Assembly (NCBI GenBank): GCA_030390025.1
Contig: CM059432.1
Location: 67,458,001-67,522,000 of the forward strand
Origin: Squalus acanthias
Taxonomy: Eukaryota
Reading direction: 5' to 3'
Length of the DNA: 64,000 bases
The notes below the pieces were generated by a model. That model saw nothing but the letters and a program-made list of their open reading frames with translations, did no database searches and was not told the origin of the DNA. This document shows, piece after piece, positions 35,480 to 49,698 of this stretch; position 1 is the first letter of the stretch, and the number at the start of each line of letters is the position of its first letter. The position numbers and the translations under genes are program-made.

Positions 35480-36160
35480 GGGCCTGAATTTGCAGTCGGA
35501 GGCTTCCGAACGGCAAAAAATCTACGAACCTACTTGATGGTCCTGGATCCACAGAGACCCGCGATCCTGGGCCTCTATGCGTAGAGGCCCACGTATCCCA
35601 GGAGCGCAGGCGGTTCGCAAGCACCCCGGGATCACATGGGCCGGCCCAACCAATGAAAGAAGGGGGATCCCCATTCATAGTTATGGGGATCCCCCATAAA
35701 TGAGGATCACATAAAAAACACATTTACATAACAAATACATTAAAAAATTACATTTAAAATTAAATAAAATACAATTTAATTAAACATTTAAAACAAACAT
35801 TTATTTTTTTGTAAAATAAATTTAAATGTTTTAAAAGGGCTAAAAATAACCTGAACTTATTTTACAGGTGTTTTAATGTTTAAATAATTGGAAAAAAATT
35901 TATTGATATATTCATTTAAACTCTTACGCTGGTAAAAGCAGGCCTTATACCTGCTTTTACCAGGCGTAAGAATTTCACTGGCATTCGCTGGGCAGTAGTT
36001 GGGCAAATAGCCCAAATCTCCACCCGCAGACGCCCTTTTCCCGGGGATGCGGATGATCTGTCAAGAAGATTCTTGACAGATCTCAAGTTCCGGGTTTTCG
36101 CGCATGTGCTTCACGTGCAAAAGCCTGGAACTTGCGGGGCCCTTACGGGTGCATACACAC
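35480..36160. mobile_element. Harbinger-type non-autonomous element, right end degraded
   Basis: Starts GGGCCTGAATTT. CpG-rich arms surround an AT-rich core. Internal palindromes at ~35928-35965 and 36057-36082. Confidence 0.5.
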
Positions 36161-36943
36161 CACTAATATGTTTGATAATTCACTTCATTTCTTATTGACA
36201 AAACATTTATCTTAACTACCCTAACCAATCAAAGAGTTGTGCCTATATCCAAAATCTTACTGTGCATAGATTTAATGATAAATCGTGAAGATGGCTCCTC
36301 CAAACCTGTTCACAGCCCCAGGGTCTCGAAGGCAGCTTTCTTTCCTTCTTTCTAACTGCGTGAAACATGCCGTCTGTCTTATAACCTTTCGGTTTATGGT
36401 TCTCTTCCTGCCGAATGCAAACCTGCCTCATGTTTTACAATCACCCATTTGTTTCAAATAGTTTGCCAAATAGAGATAAGAGGCCTCATACCCTTTTCAC
36501 ATCAGACTGTTACTTCCTATTTACTGCTTCCCTAAACCATCCTCTGATGTAAACCACCCTCTGATGTATGCACTCATGGCAGCCCCTGCTGTGATAAAAG
36601 CCGGTGTTTCAAAAGCTTTTCTTATCAGCAGCATTGAGAAGGGTTTTTGAGAACATGACAGGGAAAAGACAAGGGCCCCGACATTAACTTGCAGACGTGC
36701 TGGGAGCGGGGGAGCTTCGATATCACGTGGGAAACCCGGAAGTATGTTAAGCGTGTCTGTCAGTGACTTTTTAACCCAGCCACTTCATTATCATTTTACT
36801 TCCGGGTTTCCCGTCCAATCAGCGGCAGCGGGTGTGATGATGACCCACATGATGCGATCTCAACTGCAGTATTTAAAGGAACAATACAAAAATGCAATTT
36901 GGAGCTGTTTGGAGTTCTGGGGAAGTAAGGAGAAAGGAGAAAA

Positions 36944-38900
36944 ATGGAAAGGAGATGTGCAAAGGTTGCACCCCGGTTCAAAAAAAATGATGCCTCCCTG
37001 AATGTGTTGCTGGGGGCTGTGAGGAGTAGGAGGGACATACTATTCCCCTGCAATGGGAGGAGAAAACCTGTGTCAGAAACCAAGAAAGAAAGACTTGCAT
37101 TTATAGTCCCAAAGTGCTTTACAGCCAATTAAGTACTTTTTGAAGTGTAGTCGCTGTTGTACTGTAGGAAACACGGCAGCCAATTTGTACACAGCAAGCT
37201 CCCACAAAAAGCAATGTGATAATAACCAGATAATCTACTTTAGTGATGTTGATTGAGGGATAAATATTGGCCAGGACACCGGGGATAACGCCCCTGCTCT
37301 TCTTCGAAATAGTGCTATGGGATCTTTTATGTCCATCTGAGAGCAGATGGGGCCTCTGTTTAATGCTGCATTCGAAAGTCAGCACCTCCGACAGTGCAGC
37401 ACTCCCTCAGTACTGCACTGGGATGTCAGTCTAGATTTTTGTGCTCAAGTGTCTGGAGTGGGACTTGAACTCACAACCTTCTGACTCAGAGGTGAAAGTG
37501 CTACCCAGAGGCATGGCTGACACTGAAGGCATAATTGGAGGTGGCAGAGGAGGTTAGCAGCAGGAGCATAGTGCCACGCTCCTGTATGCAGTGCAGGAAG
37601 TGGTTTAATGACCTAAGCAGGTCAGGAAAGGTGAATGTAGTTGCACATTCACCTACATCCTACATCACCCCAACCCCCTCACTCCGCCTTCTCAAGTCTA
37701 CTCTAGCACATCACTCCTCACACCAACCTACCTTGCAGGTGCACCCATCCCACTCTGTCTCTGCACTTCCTCACATCCCCATCTATCTATTCATCACTGA
37801 CATTGACCCTCATCCTTATGCAATTGAATGCCTCTCCAACATAGTCACCCTCACCAAATGCACTCCAACCATCGGTTGGCCACATGCCATTACGCTCACT
37901 CATAGATCTGTCCTTTCCCTCCTTGCAGCAGAAGAAATCACAGAACACCAGGAAGAGGCACAGAACCGGAGGTGGCCCTCCACAGATCTCACAACTCACA
38001 AGTGCAGAGGAGGAAGCAATGGAGATCAGCAGAGTCTCGATATGCTTGGCTGTTGGAGATGGGGAGATGGGGGCCTCCCAGCTACCTGGTGACAGAATTA
38101 AATATCAGACAGCCACATGGCATACAACACTCACTCATGGTGACTTGATGTCAACAGCGAGTGAAATGTGATCATGTTCATAATGATAACTTCTAACATT
38201 CTTACCTTGACAGTACTCATTAATATATTTTATCTTCCACAGGCCCCTCGCGTGTGAAGCAGGAGTTGGTGGAGATTGCCGATGATTCTTCAGAGGAGCT
38301 CAGTCCCTCTGAGGGTGCACCGTCATAGGCCTCATGCAGACCATGCACCAGCTCAGATACTCACACTTCAGTGGAACAAGTTAGAGATAGTTGGGTTTTC
38401 ACCTGGTGACTCACACTTCACAAGTGAGCAAGAGCGGATGGTGGAGTCAGGGACAGCTGTGGATTCCGGGGCAGCTGTGGAGTCCACATCGGAGGGCGCA
38501 GGCCTCTCCAAGCTCTGCTCAACTGGACACAGATGCTCTATCCCGGTGGTCGTTGATGCAGCGGATAATCATTGACCAGCAGCAGAGAATGTGTGATGTA
38601 CTGACAGGCATTCCAAGCACACTGTCCACGATTGCAGAGAGATTGGAGGAGTCCACCTCAAGCATGAGTGGGTTCTTGTCGCAGGCCATTGTGATGATGT
38701 CTTCTTCCATGGCTAGAGTGGCCAAGTGCATGGAGCATCAAACACGGCAATCAAATTAACTTTGAACAAGGGCTTGCAGTCTCTGAATGCTACTTTAAAT
38801 GGGATGAATGATGCCCTAGCTTTGGCCTTGCAGAGCCGCACTGATCTGTATCCAGCACAGTGATAGCAGTGAAGTGCGGCTGGACCATGAGAGGGATGAA
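36944..38900 (+). pseudogene. Harbinger Myb/SANT-like gene (exon 1 36944-37630 split by SINE; exon 2 ~37929-38088; exon 3 from 38243, truncated)
   Basis: MERRCAKVAPRF..ASLNVLLGAVRSRRDILFP, then EVAEEVSSRS..QCRKWFNDL. Exon 2 reads KKSQNTRKRHRTGGGPP. Confidence 0.85.
37085..37523 (-). mobile_element. tRNA-derived DeuSINE (SacSINE1-like)
   Basis: Colinear with 1431-1902 and has a B box GAGTTCAAGTCCC. Inserted in Myb exon 1. Confidence 0.85.
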
Positions 38901-38984
38901 AGCATAATGGGGGACATGGCATGGCAATAAGTGGCTTTTGCATGTGGTTGTTAGATGGGTACACTGGTAGAATCTAAATGAACC

Positions 38985-40102
38985 TCGCAATAATCAGGGC
39001 ATCCCTGGCATCCCGTGCAGCAACATGAGCTGCTGGTGGTGCATTGCCCTCATCACCTTCCTCTTCCTCGTCTTCCTCTGGAGAGGCTTAGAGCCTTAGT
39101 CCTCCTGCTGGTCCAAAACTCATTGCTGGGCAATGTTGTACAGAGTTCAGCACACCACGACCATTCTGGAGACCCTGGTTGTGGGTACTGAAGGGGGCCT
39201 CCAGATCTGTCCAGGCACCTGAAGCGCATCCTTCAGCATTCCGATAGCTTGTTTGATGACACATCTGGTGGTGATATGGCATTAATTGCAGCATTCTTGG
39301 GCCTCATTCTTTGGGTTTCTGAGAGGTGTCATCAGCCACGTTTTCAGTGGGTATCCCTTGTCTCCCAGCAGCCAGCTGGCAACTCTGCTTCCAGGTGCGA
39401 AGAAGTCAGGGACTGCTGCAGGACGAAAGCTGCCCAGGAAGCTTGCACATACCTGCATAAAGATTTTTTTGTGGTTGCACACCAGCTGCACATAGATGGA
39501 GTGGAAACTCCTGGCTGATCTGTGGGTGCCCTAATTGCCACATGTGTGCAGTCGATAACACCCTGCACCTGTGGGAAGCCAACCAGAGGTGCAAACCTGA
39601 GCACCCGCTCATTCTGACTGGCATTATCGCAGTCAGAGTTGACATAATTGGCGACCCTGGCGAACAAGCCAGCAGTCACCTGTCTTATGCATTTGTGGGC
39701 AGCCAACTGGGAGATCCTGCAAATGTCTCTGGCAGAGCCCTGGAAGGAGCCAGAAGCAAAATTGTTGAGGGTGGTGGTGACTTTGGCAGCTACTGGTAAA
39801 GCATGACCACCAGGTCCAGCTGGCAGCAGATCTTGTTCCAGCAGACTGCAAATGTCTGCCAGCACCTGACGTGTCACCCTGAGCTTCCTAACACACTGCT
39901 GTTCAGACATATCAAGGAAGCTTATCCTTTGCCTTTTTACCCTGTGTGCCGGGTATGGCCTCATGTGAGGTGCACCTCTCTGCTGATCCCTTCTCTCTTG
40001 TGGAGCTACAGGTCTGTGACCAGCAGATTGTTGCTTGTGCTGCCGCTGGTCATCTTGGTCCTCATCTGAGGCCCAACCTAAGGCAGCATAAGCGGCACCC
40101 AT
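38985..40102 (-). pseudogene. Harbinger DDE transposase, with deletions and frameshifts
   Basis: MGAAYAAL...[32 protein letters not shown] and [21 protein letters not shown]. Confidence 0.9.
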
Positions 40103-41104
40103 CCTGATCTGGTAGATTAGACCTCCAAAGTGCAGATGAAACCTCCAAAATGTAGATCAGACCTCCAAAGTGTAGAAAGTAACCTCAGCAAAAGTACTGT
40201 GAACAAACCCTTACCCACTAGAGGCAAGAAAGCAGCTGTGAGTACTGAGGATTTATTGGCATATTTCCCCGATATTGATTCAGCCCCTCAATTACCATTG
40301 TGTACTCGCCTTGCTTTCACTGGCAAGGTCCAGGAAGCCCGGCAAACCTGTGGACCCGACATTAAGCACAATAATTTAGGTCAATATCGCGCTAATTGAG
40401 CGATTTACATATGTTGATTGGCAACCCGCCTCTCCTGAGGGGGTTGCATGCACGCAGCCGAATGCGCTCCAGTCAAATGTGGAAGTCGGCGGGTTGGAGC
40501 CGGCTTCCTGACATTGCCCCTTTTAACCCCCACCCGCACCCAAACCCACGCGCTCTTCCAGGTTAAAATTCCCCCCCACCCGCACCCAAACCCACGCGCT
40601 CTTCCAGGTTAAAATTCCCCCCCCCCCCACCCCAGGCTTTTTCGAGAACATGTTTTAAACAAATCCTTTCCGTCTTATAGTTTTGTCTCTATTAAAAGCA
40701 AAAGCAATGTAAAAACATATCAATATTCTTATATAGGTGGCTAGAGTTGGAAGTTCCCATTACCATAATATCCTGAAGACAGAGTTGTGGATGTAGCTCA
40801 TTCTTTGCAATGCTGAGTTTGTACCCAGTGTTTTCAATTAGCAGCATAACTCCAGTAAGTTCCACATAGGGCCTATTCACTGAAAGATCTGGGCATTGCT
40901 GAGTCAAGCACTGCCTTTATGGTGAAAATGTAAAGGGCTACATTGATGAGTCATTGATGAAAACTGCTATATTTTAAACAAAGCTGAATTTTCCTAAAAT
41001 ACTAAAATAATAGCCTTTCCAAGATAGTAATTTAAAAATAAACTTACATGTCATTTAATAGCAACCACTAAAAAATGAAAAATGGGCATGTTGTGACAAA
41101 ATGT

Positions 41105-41430
41105 CAGTTTGTCTCAGTTATAGTACCCTCTGAGTCATAAGGTTGTAGGTTGAAGCCCATCTTCAGGATTTGGCTGGATATTCTTGTGCAGTATGGAGGA
41201 AATGCTACAGTGTCATCACTCAGAGTGCCATGTCTCTAATGAGATGTTAAATTGAGGTCCTGTCCATCTGCATTGGTGGATGTTCAAGAACCTATGGTGG
41301 TATTTAAAGAAGAGTGGAGAGTTTCTTTGGTGTCCCAGCCAATCTTTCTCCTTTTACAAGAGCCATCAAACAAACAGATTAACTAGTCATTCATCTCATT
41401 GCTGTTAATAGAATCTTTCTGTGCACTTGA
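41105..41430 (+). mobile_element. Highly diverged DeuSINE (AmnSINE1/SacSINE-like)
   Basis: gagatgttaaattgaggtcctgtc...gaagagtggagagtt...cagattaactagtcattcatctcattgctgtt aligns by eye with the two younger DeuSINEs. Confidence 0.6.
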
Positions 41431-44399
41431 TCAAATCAAAACTTTAAAATACATGATTAAATCCATTCTTGTCTTTTACAAGGTAAAATGATATTAATGA
41501 AGTACTTAGGTATGCTACACAGACATGTTGAATAAATTGCCCTTATTTTGTGCAAATTATAGCTTCTATTTCTAGATTTAAACCGAATACCATTGAATAC
41601 GTTTTCCAGTGGCCATGGCATGCCAACACTTTTGTGATGAGTATCTTCTGGCAATCTCTGGCTTTAGTTATTGCATGAGTTTGGTACCCACAGTACTTCC
41701 CTTTACATAAACAATGGGAATTTTAAAATTACATTATATAAATGAGATAGATTCACATCCTTTTCCCAAATCCTCCTCCTTCTGTAGGGAGGAGATTAGG
41801 GAAAATATCCCCTATTTCCTATGTATAGTGAAACTGAAAAAATATTTATAAATAATGTATTAATGATTTGGCTACACACACACAGTGCACAGAGGAAATC
41901 TTCACACTTGGGGGAACCTACAGCTAAACTGTGCACACCAGAAGGGAAGAATTTACTTGGAAAAACAGACAGTAACTGCAGCGCAAATGCAGTTCTGTCA
42001 CTGAGAAGACAAGAGTTAAAATTTCCATTAAAGAATATTTTAAAATCAGTTAGAAAATAGATTCTTACTCACTAAGAATGTCCTTTATCTTGATCCTACA
42101 ATATAACTAAAACTAAAACCAAAACCAAATACACAACAGTGAAAAATTGGTTGTGACCTTGAGATGTCCTGAGGATATGAAAGATGCTATATAAATGCAA
42201 GATCTTGTTTTTCAAATGCTTATTATAAAATTCAATGCACACACAATTATGCACATTGATATATTCTGCAAAATTGCAAATGTTTTAGCCAGTAGTAAAT
42301 ACTTCTGCTCGAATTCCTAAATTACCCCATTGCAGCAGAATAAATGTTGATGCCAGTCATGTGCATTTGCGATGCTATGGTGCTAATTATCTTTGCTCCT
42401 ACTGAGAGGATGCAAAAGAATATTAATGGCCAAAGAGATCCAAGCATCAGGCGAACAGCAGGAATAACACCAGATCTCCATCACACTTAATTCACCAGAT
42501 GGGGATTGTGAATTAAGGGTCAGTAACACTGCTGAAAATCCCATATTGATCCGTCTGTCCGAAGCACACCCCAATGATTCCTTCTTTCTGATATTATTTG
42601 GGGTTAAAGGAGAATCGAAGCCTAGTGATAGCATCTGACCCCAGTCACATGGAGCATTCTGTTAATATCAGTTGTAGTATAGTAAAAAGTCAAACAATTT
42701 GCTGTATTTATATTGAGCAAAGATTCTGCTACAGAACTAATTTGGCAATATATGTAAACAAATTCTCTTTAAATTTCTCCTGTAATTTGCACAGTAACTG
42801 TTATCATCTCCCATAATATGGGAAAAAAATTCTACATCTTAATCTTTAAATCTAAATTCTACAGCTTAATCTCTAAATCTAAAAGATGTTCTGTGAAGAA
42901 ATGAGATAGGCCAACTTCTGGAGTGAGAATCTAACCAGCCCACCCTCCCCACCGCCTGTTTCAAAATGCTCATTAGTATTTTTGTAGCTTGTTATTTCCC
43001 TCACTAATAAATCATTATTAATGTTCAAACTAAGAAACTACTGAAAAATTGTCAGATTAGAAGGTTAAAGGGCAGTTATTTTTATCCCTTACATTCCTTG
43101 TAAAAATTCAAGAAGAAGACTGGAGTGTAAGAATAAAGAGAGGTATATAATGAGTGCTGTGTCTGTGTTCTCTTGGTTACAGTAGTGCTAGTCACTCCTG
43201 TGAGTGGCCCGAGCATCTTATGTTCAAGAGTGAGTCCATTCTGCCAATACCTAACTATACAACAGTGTAACAGTAGGAGCCCCCTTGTCATCTTAACTGG
43301 CCATTTTATCTTTCACACATGTTCTATCTTGTGTTTTTTCCCAAACTTTTTGAAGGTGGACTGAAACATTTAGTGAGACGGGACCAAATATGAATCATTA
43401 AGCTGCTTTATGTTACAAAGATCAAGTGAATGTATAGAGTAATAGATGCAATCAAATCTCACCTTGCCGCAAAAATCTCCTCAAACATAATAAAAATAAT
43501 AAAATTGCCAAATTATCCCCATTTGTGGGCTGATTTAACTTTTTACGGTCAGCATAGTGATCCTGACTGGCTTTGGACTTCAGATGAGCAAGCTTCCCCT
43601 CGCTATGCCCGGGTTCATACCCAGACTTAACTGGCTGAGTGAGTGCCCATGAGTCCCTTTGTCCTCGGTGTTCTCAGCCAGTGGCTGGGCTGTCCCTCTG
43701 ACTTCTCCATTCAGTGATGTGCTAGTAGACCCATCAATATAACCAGCTACCTCTCTTACCCCTTTGGGGTGCAAGTTTAAAGAAAACATCTTCTGCTATT
43801 TCCAAAATTAATAAGGGCCATTCTGGCTTAATGAGTTTGGGTTGGATTGATTGACTGTCCACTTGAAGTAAACAGTGGGCTGCTACATTTCACAGACTGG
43901 CTCATCTAGATTTAATCCACAACTTCAACACCTGCAGCCTGTGGCTCTTATATCAAATATGGACATAAGAACATAAGAACATAAGAAATAGGAACAGGAG
44001 TAGGCCATTTGGCCCTTCGAGCTTTCTCCGCCATTCAACGAGATCATGGCTGATCATCTGCCTCAATTCTATTCACCGGCCTTATCGCCATATTCCTTGA
44101 TGCCCTTACTAGTCAGAAATCTATCGACTTCTGTTTTGAATATACCCAATGACTGAGCCTCCACAGCCCTCTGGGGTATAGAATTCCAAAGATTCACCAC
44201 CCTCTGTGTGAAGAAATTTCTTCTCATCTCAGTCCTGAATGGCCTACCCTTTATCCTGAGGCTGTGGCCCCTGGTTCTAGACTCCCCAGCCAAGGGAAAC
44301 TTTCTCCCAGCATCCACCCTATCAAGCCCTGTAATAATTTTTTATGCTTCAATGAGATCCCCTCTCATTCTTCTGAATTCAAGAGAATTGGAGTAAGAC

Positions 44400-46357
44400 T
44401 GTAAAGGAATAGCCATATTTCAGAAAAATACACCATCCTATGAACAGAATTCTGACTTTATTAAAACATGACAAACTGGGGTTAAAAATCTAAAAGCCTC
44501 AACGACACAAGCTGTGAATACAGGCTTCTGAGATAAGATGAGTCACAAAGCTGTAAACATCATACAAGCTTTTGAAATGGGAATTGGTTGTAAATACTAA
44601 GACAATGGCCTCATTGAAACAGAGGGTTGGAGGTTCCAAGAAGTCTGCAGTTTGGAACCAACACAATAGCTATACCCAGTTTAAAGTTCGAACAGAAACA
44701 CAGAACATTAAAAAACCATGGGCTGGATTTTCAATGACCCGTGGAGTCGGGTTTGGAGGCGTGTGGGGGGTTAAAGTTGCGGGGTCGGGGGTCCCGACCC
44801 CATCCTGACTCCATCCCGCCTCCACGTAATTTTGACAAAATCAATCGCGGGGTTCCAGACTCCGTCCCGCCTCCAAGGGGCGGGAGAGGCCATTAAAGCC
44901 CTAAATTGGCTCTGTAATGCCATTTTGAAACGTTTAACTACTTTAACCCTTTTCCCACGTGCTGCTCATTTTGCATCCAGGTCCACTCACAGCAAAAGCC
45001 AGGCAGGTCCACTCACAGCAAAGGCCAAGCAATCTCTGAGACCAGGCAGTCTCTGCAATGATGACATCATCAGAGGCGACTTTCAGACTCAAACCACTAA
45101 TTGGTTCATGGGTTCCCACATGCTGGAACTCAATTGCCCAATTAAGTGAAAATTGCATCATTCATCCACATTAATCTGGAGTCAGGGGGGCAACACGAAA
45201 TGCGGATCACACGACCCCAACCCGACCCCAAGACAAAATCCAGCCCCATGTGTCTTTGTAAAAGTAACATCAAATGAAAGACAAGAAACATAAGTTTGTA
45301 ATACAACCAATTGAAGTAGCTAAGAAATGCATAGAACACCCTAGTGAAGTGTTTTTAATTTACATATTGTAAAAGGTACAAACAGAAGACTTTGTAAATA
45401 TTACATCAATAGATGCACCAAGCAATCACATTGTTTATGTGTTAAACTTGGAACACAAGGAGCCAGGAGTCTGTGTTACAACCAGCAGAGGTGATTTAAA
45501 AATTGAATGGAAGACCTTTGTAAGAATGGCATCAAATAAAAAACTACTGTCATATTGTTTTTTATGATAAGATTTGAACACCTAAACAGCAGACAGGATT
45601 CTGAAAGTTAACAGCTAAACTGACAATAAGATTAGAAAGAAGTCAACAGAAAATATGACTGGAGATAATTAGCTTACATCAGCAGAAAACTTCAAAGAAT
45701 ATACCACTGCAAAAAGAGTATAAAATATGGAGCTTTCAGATAGGAAGTCAGAAGTCGCTGGAAGGGTCAGAGCGATTCTCGCCTTCAGAACCACTCTGCA
45801 GGCCTACAACTCTTTGAGTCTCGGGTAATCAAGGTAGTTGATTTTGGTGGATATTCTGGATTATAAATAAGTACGAAGTGTGGAAATGTAACGAAGTTAA
45901 GATTTGAGAATAAGGATCTCTGATAAGAAATGTAAGCTATTTGTATTTTGAACTGTTAAAGTTGCGATTGAATCAACAACTGTTAGCTGCATTTCGGTTC
46001 TTTAATAAATCTATATATTTTTAGAATTGTCTCAGAGTAATTCTGTATCAAACTCGCAAACTCAATTTCTGTACACTCTTTTGTGAGGAGTTGCAGAATT
46101 CTGGGGGGGGGGGTTTTCTGGACCCTCATAATATCTGGAAGGTTACAGTCTAGTTAAACTTATTAAAAGTGCTATCTGGAGGACAGTAACATCTTCAAGC
46201 CGTTCCTTTCCTTTAGGGTGAGGTAGTCTGACCTTTAGACCCAATTAAGCGTCTCTAGGATTCGGCTATCTCTAACTTTAGTTGAAGGTGAACGTCTGGG
46301 GAATACGCCTGATCTGGGGTAGCCTGAAAAGGGCTAGGATTAGTAATTATCCCTTCA
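44400..46357 (+). mobile_element. Solo LTR, family B (~1.43 kb without the MITE)
   Basis: TG...CA ends (TGTAAAGG...CCCTTCA). TSD AGAC at 44396-44399 and 46358-46361. TATAAAA at ~45719 and AATAAA at ~46004. Confidence 0.8.
44720..45246 (+). mobile_element. Harbinger MITE
   Basis: TIR GGGCTGGATTTT / AAAATCCAGCCC and TSD CAT. Same family as 62314-62959 and 53709-54480. Confidence 0.9.
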
Positions 46358-47221
46358 AGACTTCTTTACTCCTGTACTCAAATCCTCTTGTAATGAAGGC
46401 CAGCATACCATTTGCCTTCCTAATGGCTTGCTGCACCTGCACATTCGCTTTCAGTGACTCATGTACAAGGACACCCAGGTACCTTTGAGCATCTGCATTC
46501 CCCAATCGTTCACCATTTAGGAAATACTCTGCCTTTCTGTTTTTTCTACCAAAGTGAATAACTTCACACTTATCCACATTATAATCCATCTGCCATGTTC
46601 TCGCCCACTTACTGAGCCTGTCGAGATCCCCTTGAAGCCTCTTCACATCCTCTTCGCAACTGACACTGCCACCTAGCTTTGTGTCATCAGCAAATTTGGA
46701 AATGTTACATTTAGTCCCCGCATCCAAATAATTGATATAGATTGTGAATAGCTGGGGCCCAAGCACCAATCTTTGCGGTACCCCACTAGTCACAGCTTGC
46801 CATCCTGAAAAAGACCCGTTTATCCCTACTCTTTGTTTTCTGTCTGTTAACCAATTCTCAATCCATGCTAGTATATTACCCCCAATTCCATGTGCCCTAA
46901 TTTTGTTCACCAACCTCTTGTGTGGGACCTTATCGGAGGCCTTCTGAAAATCCAAATACACCACATCTACTGGTTCCCCTTTGTCTACTCCACTAGTTAC
47001 ATCCTCAAAGAACTCCAATAGGTTTGTCAAAAACAGGACTTCCCTTTCATAAATCCATGTTGACTCTGCCCAATCTTACTATTAGTTTCTAAGTGCCCAG
47101 TTATTACATCCTTTATAATAGATTCCAGCATTTTCCCAACTACTGATGTGAGGCTAACAGGTCTACATCCTAAACTCTTTCTGTGAAGAAAAAACTAGAT
47201 CAATAATCCTGAAATGTGACC

Positions 47222-48670
47222 TAGGAACATAAGTAGGCCATTCAGCCCCTTGAGCATGTTCCACCATTCAAGTAGATCATGACTGATCTGTATCTTAACT
47301 CCATTTACCAGCCTTAGTTCCATAACCCTTAATACCCTTGCCTAACAAAAAATCTATCAATCTGAGTTTTTCAAATTTTCAATTGACCTAACCTCAACAG
47401 CTTTTTGGGGGAAGAGAGCTCTAAATTTTTACTAGCATTTTTGTGAAGAAGTGCTTTCTGACATCACCCGTGAACGACCTAGCTCTTATTTTAAGGTTAT
47501 GCCCTGTTGTTCTGGACTCTCAGCAAAGGAAATAGTTTCTGTCTATCTACCCTATCATCTCAAACACCTTAATTAGATCACCCCTCAATCTTCTATACTC
47601 AAGGGAATACAAGCCTAGTCTATGCAACCGGTCCTCATAATTTAACCCTTTTAGCCCCAGTATCCATCTGATGAATCTATGCTGCACCCCCTCCAAGGCC
47701 AATAGATCCTTCCTGAAATGCGGTGCCCAGAACTGAACACAATACTCCAGATGGGATCTAACCAGAGCTCTGTACAGCTGTAACATAACTTCCACCCCTT
47801 TGTATTCCAGCCCTCGAGATAAATGCCAACATTCCATTAGCCTTTTTTTAAGTATTCTTTGTACCTTTCCACTAGCTTTTAGTGATTTCTGTACTTGCAC
47901 CCTTAAATCCCTCTGCTTATCCACAGTTCCTAGCTTCTCACCATTTAGTAAATACACTGATCTATCTTTCTTAGGTACAAAATGGATGACCTCACACTTT
48001 CCCACATTGACCTCCTCTACCACAATTTTGTCCACTCACTTAATCTATCAATGTTCCCTTGCAACTTTCAGCTCCCATGTACACTATTTACTGTACCACC
48101 TAACTTAGTGTCATCAGCAAACTTAGAAATACGGCTCTCTATTCCTTCAGCCAAGTCATATATAAAATATAGTTAAAAGCTGTGGCCCTAGTATAGATCC
48201 CTGGGGGTCACCACTAGTCACATCCTGCCAATTTGAGTATTTACCTATTATCCCTACTCTCTGTCTCCTACCCCCTAACCAATTTCCAATCCAAGCCAAT
48301 AGGTTGACTCCAATTCCATGCGCTCTCATTTTTGTTAACAATCTCTTATGTGGAACCTTGTTGAATGCCCTCTGGAATACCATATAAATAATATACAAGG
48401 ACATTCCCTTATCTACCACGTTGGTTACCTCTTCAAAAAAATCAACCTGGTTCACCTTACCCTTTACAAATCCATGCTAGCTCTCTCTGATCAGCTCATA
48501 TTTGTCCAAATGCTCAGTCATTTTGCCCCAAATAACAGACTCTAGTAACTTCCCCACAATTGACGTTAGACCAATAGACCTTTCATTTCCTAGTTTATCT
48601 CTCTTCCCTTTCTTAAATAGTGGAGTGATATTGTCAATTTTCCAATCCAAGGGGACAATTTCTGAAACGA
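47222..48670 (-). mobile_element. Older CR1 LINE fragment
   Basis: Frameshifted ORFs 48477-48677, 48156-48455 and 47547-48035 with CR1 RT motifs. 3' UTR at ~47225. Confidence 0.88.
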
Positions 48671-49229
48671 GTGACATGGAGACTGCTGCTCATAATACTC
48701 TAGAAGCTAAATTTAATTAAGAGAGCAGCTGTGACAGATTGAAATTGCCACCAATAATCCAGTCACCACATAATTAATGTGAACAACAAATTAGCTTCTC
48801 TTCTGTACCATGTTGCTGTCTGTGCACAAACATGCAAAGAACTACCCTGGCTTCCATAAAAGCTCTGCTCAACTTTATATATTCCCTTTCAAAACTGTTT
48901 TACGACAGTAATAACAAGTTAACATTTAATAAATTAAATGTATAGATGATACGGATGATATATACAACTCTTGACAATAAGTCATATCATTAGTAAAAAG
49001 CACCAGATACAATAGAAGATTTTATCAAATTGTAAAAGTGGTACCAACAAGGAGGAAGTGGCATCATTCTGTAGGTTGTAAATTTGTATATGAGATTGAA
49101 ATTCAAATCCGAGACTTGGTCAATAGATACCTTATTATTAATTCACTTTTTGCAGGCTTCAGCATTTCTAAGTTCAAAGTTTCAAAGTTGGTGTTGATAA
49201 TTCACCTAATGATAATTACAGCGTTACTA

Positions 49230-49698
49230 GGAGGAATTTTCCAATTGCCAGGAAAGGAGTAGGGGAGCAATTAAAATGGAGCGGCACCATTTCCTGCTCC
49301 ATTCCTGCCCGTCGTCAATGTTAACACTGTTGGTTTTGGCAGTGGATGAGGCTTCCGCTGGACTCAGGTGGGAGCCTTACTAATACATGCAAATTGTGTT
49401 CCCATGACGTACATGGGACCCCGACCGCATTTTAACTCTCTCCTGAGCGGGTGTCTATCGTAGCCGCCCGGCCAGATGAAGCTGTTGGGAAGCCAGGAAG
49501 GCCACAATGAAATTTCAGCCATGGGACCCTCAGAACATCCCCGCCTTTCCGTGATTATCGTGCTGCTGGCAGCCTCATTTTCATGCTGGCAGGTGGTTTC
49601 CGGGCCGCCCAATATTTGTCACCTGCTCACTGGCCAGCTGTCAAAATCTGCCGGGCCTCCGACTCAAATTCCCACTGGCTTCGAGTTAAAATCAGCCC
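49230..49698. mobile_element. Harbinger-type MITE, diverged
   Basis: Starts ggaggaatttt and ends aaaatcagccc|taa. GC-rich island within AT-rich DNA. Confidence 0.45.

Larger units (their letters stand above)
36673..40625. mobile_element. Harbinger 4 (Myb gene plus transposase, decayed)
   Basis: Convergent Myb (+) and transposase (-) genes. Right end gttaaaattcccccc is tandemly duplicated. Confidence 0.8.
43963..47165 (-). mobile_element. CR1 LINE (pieces 43963-44399 and 46358-47165) split by a solo LTR
   Basis: (ACATAAGA)n tail and ORF 46347-47030 with RT motifs. A ~200 bp deletion at ~44388 relative to the sister copy at 51880-53408. Confidence 0.9.

Noticed and set aside
42383..43789. Minus-strand ORFs of 69-83 aa
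   Set aside because: Lengths are compatible with chance and no motifs were recognised.
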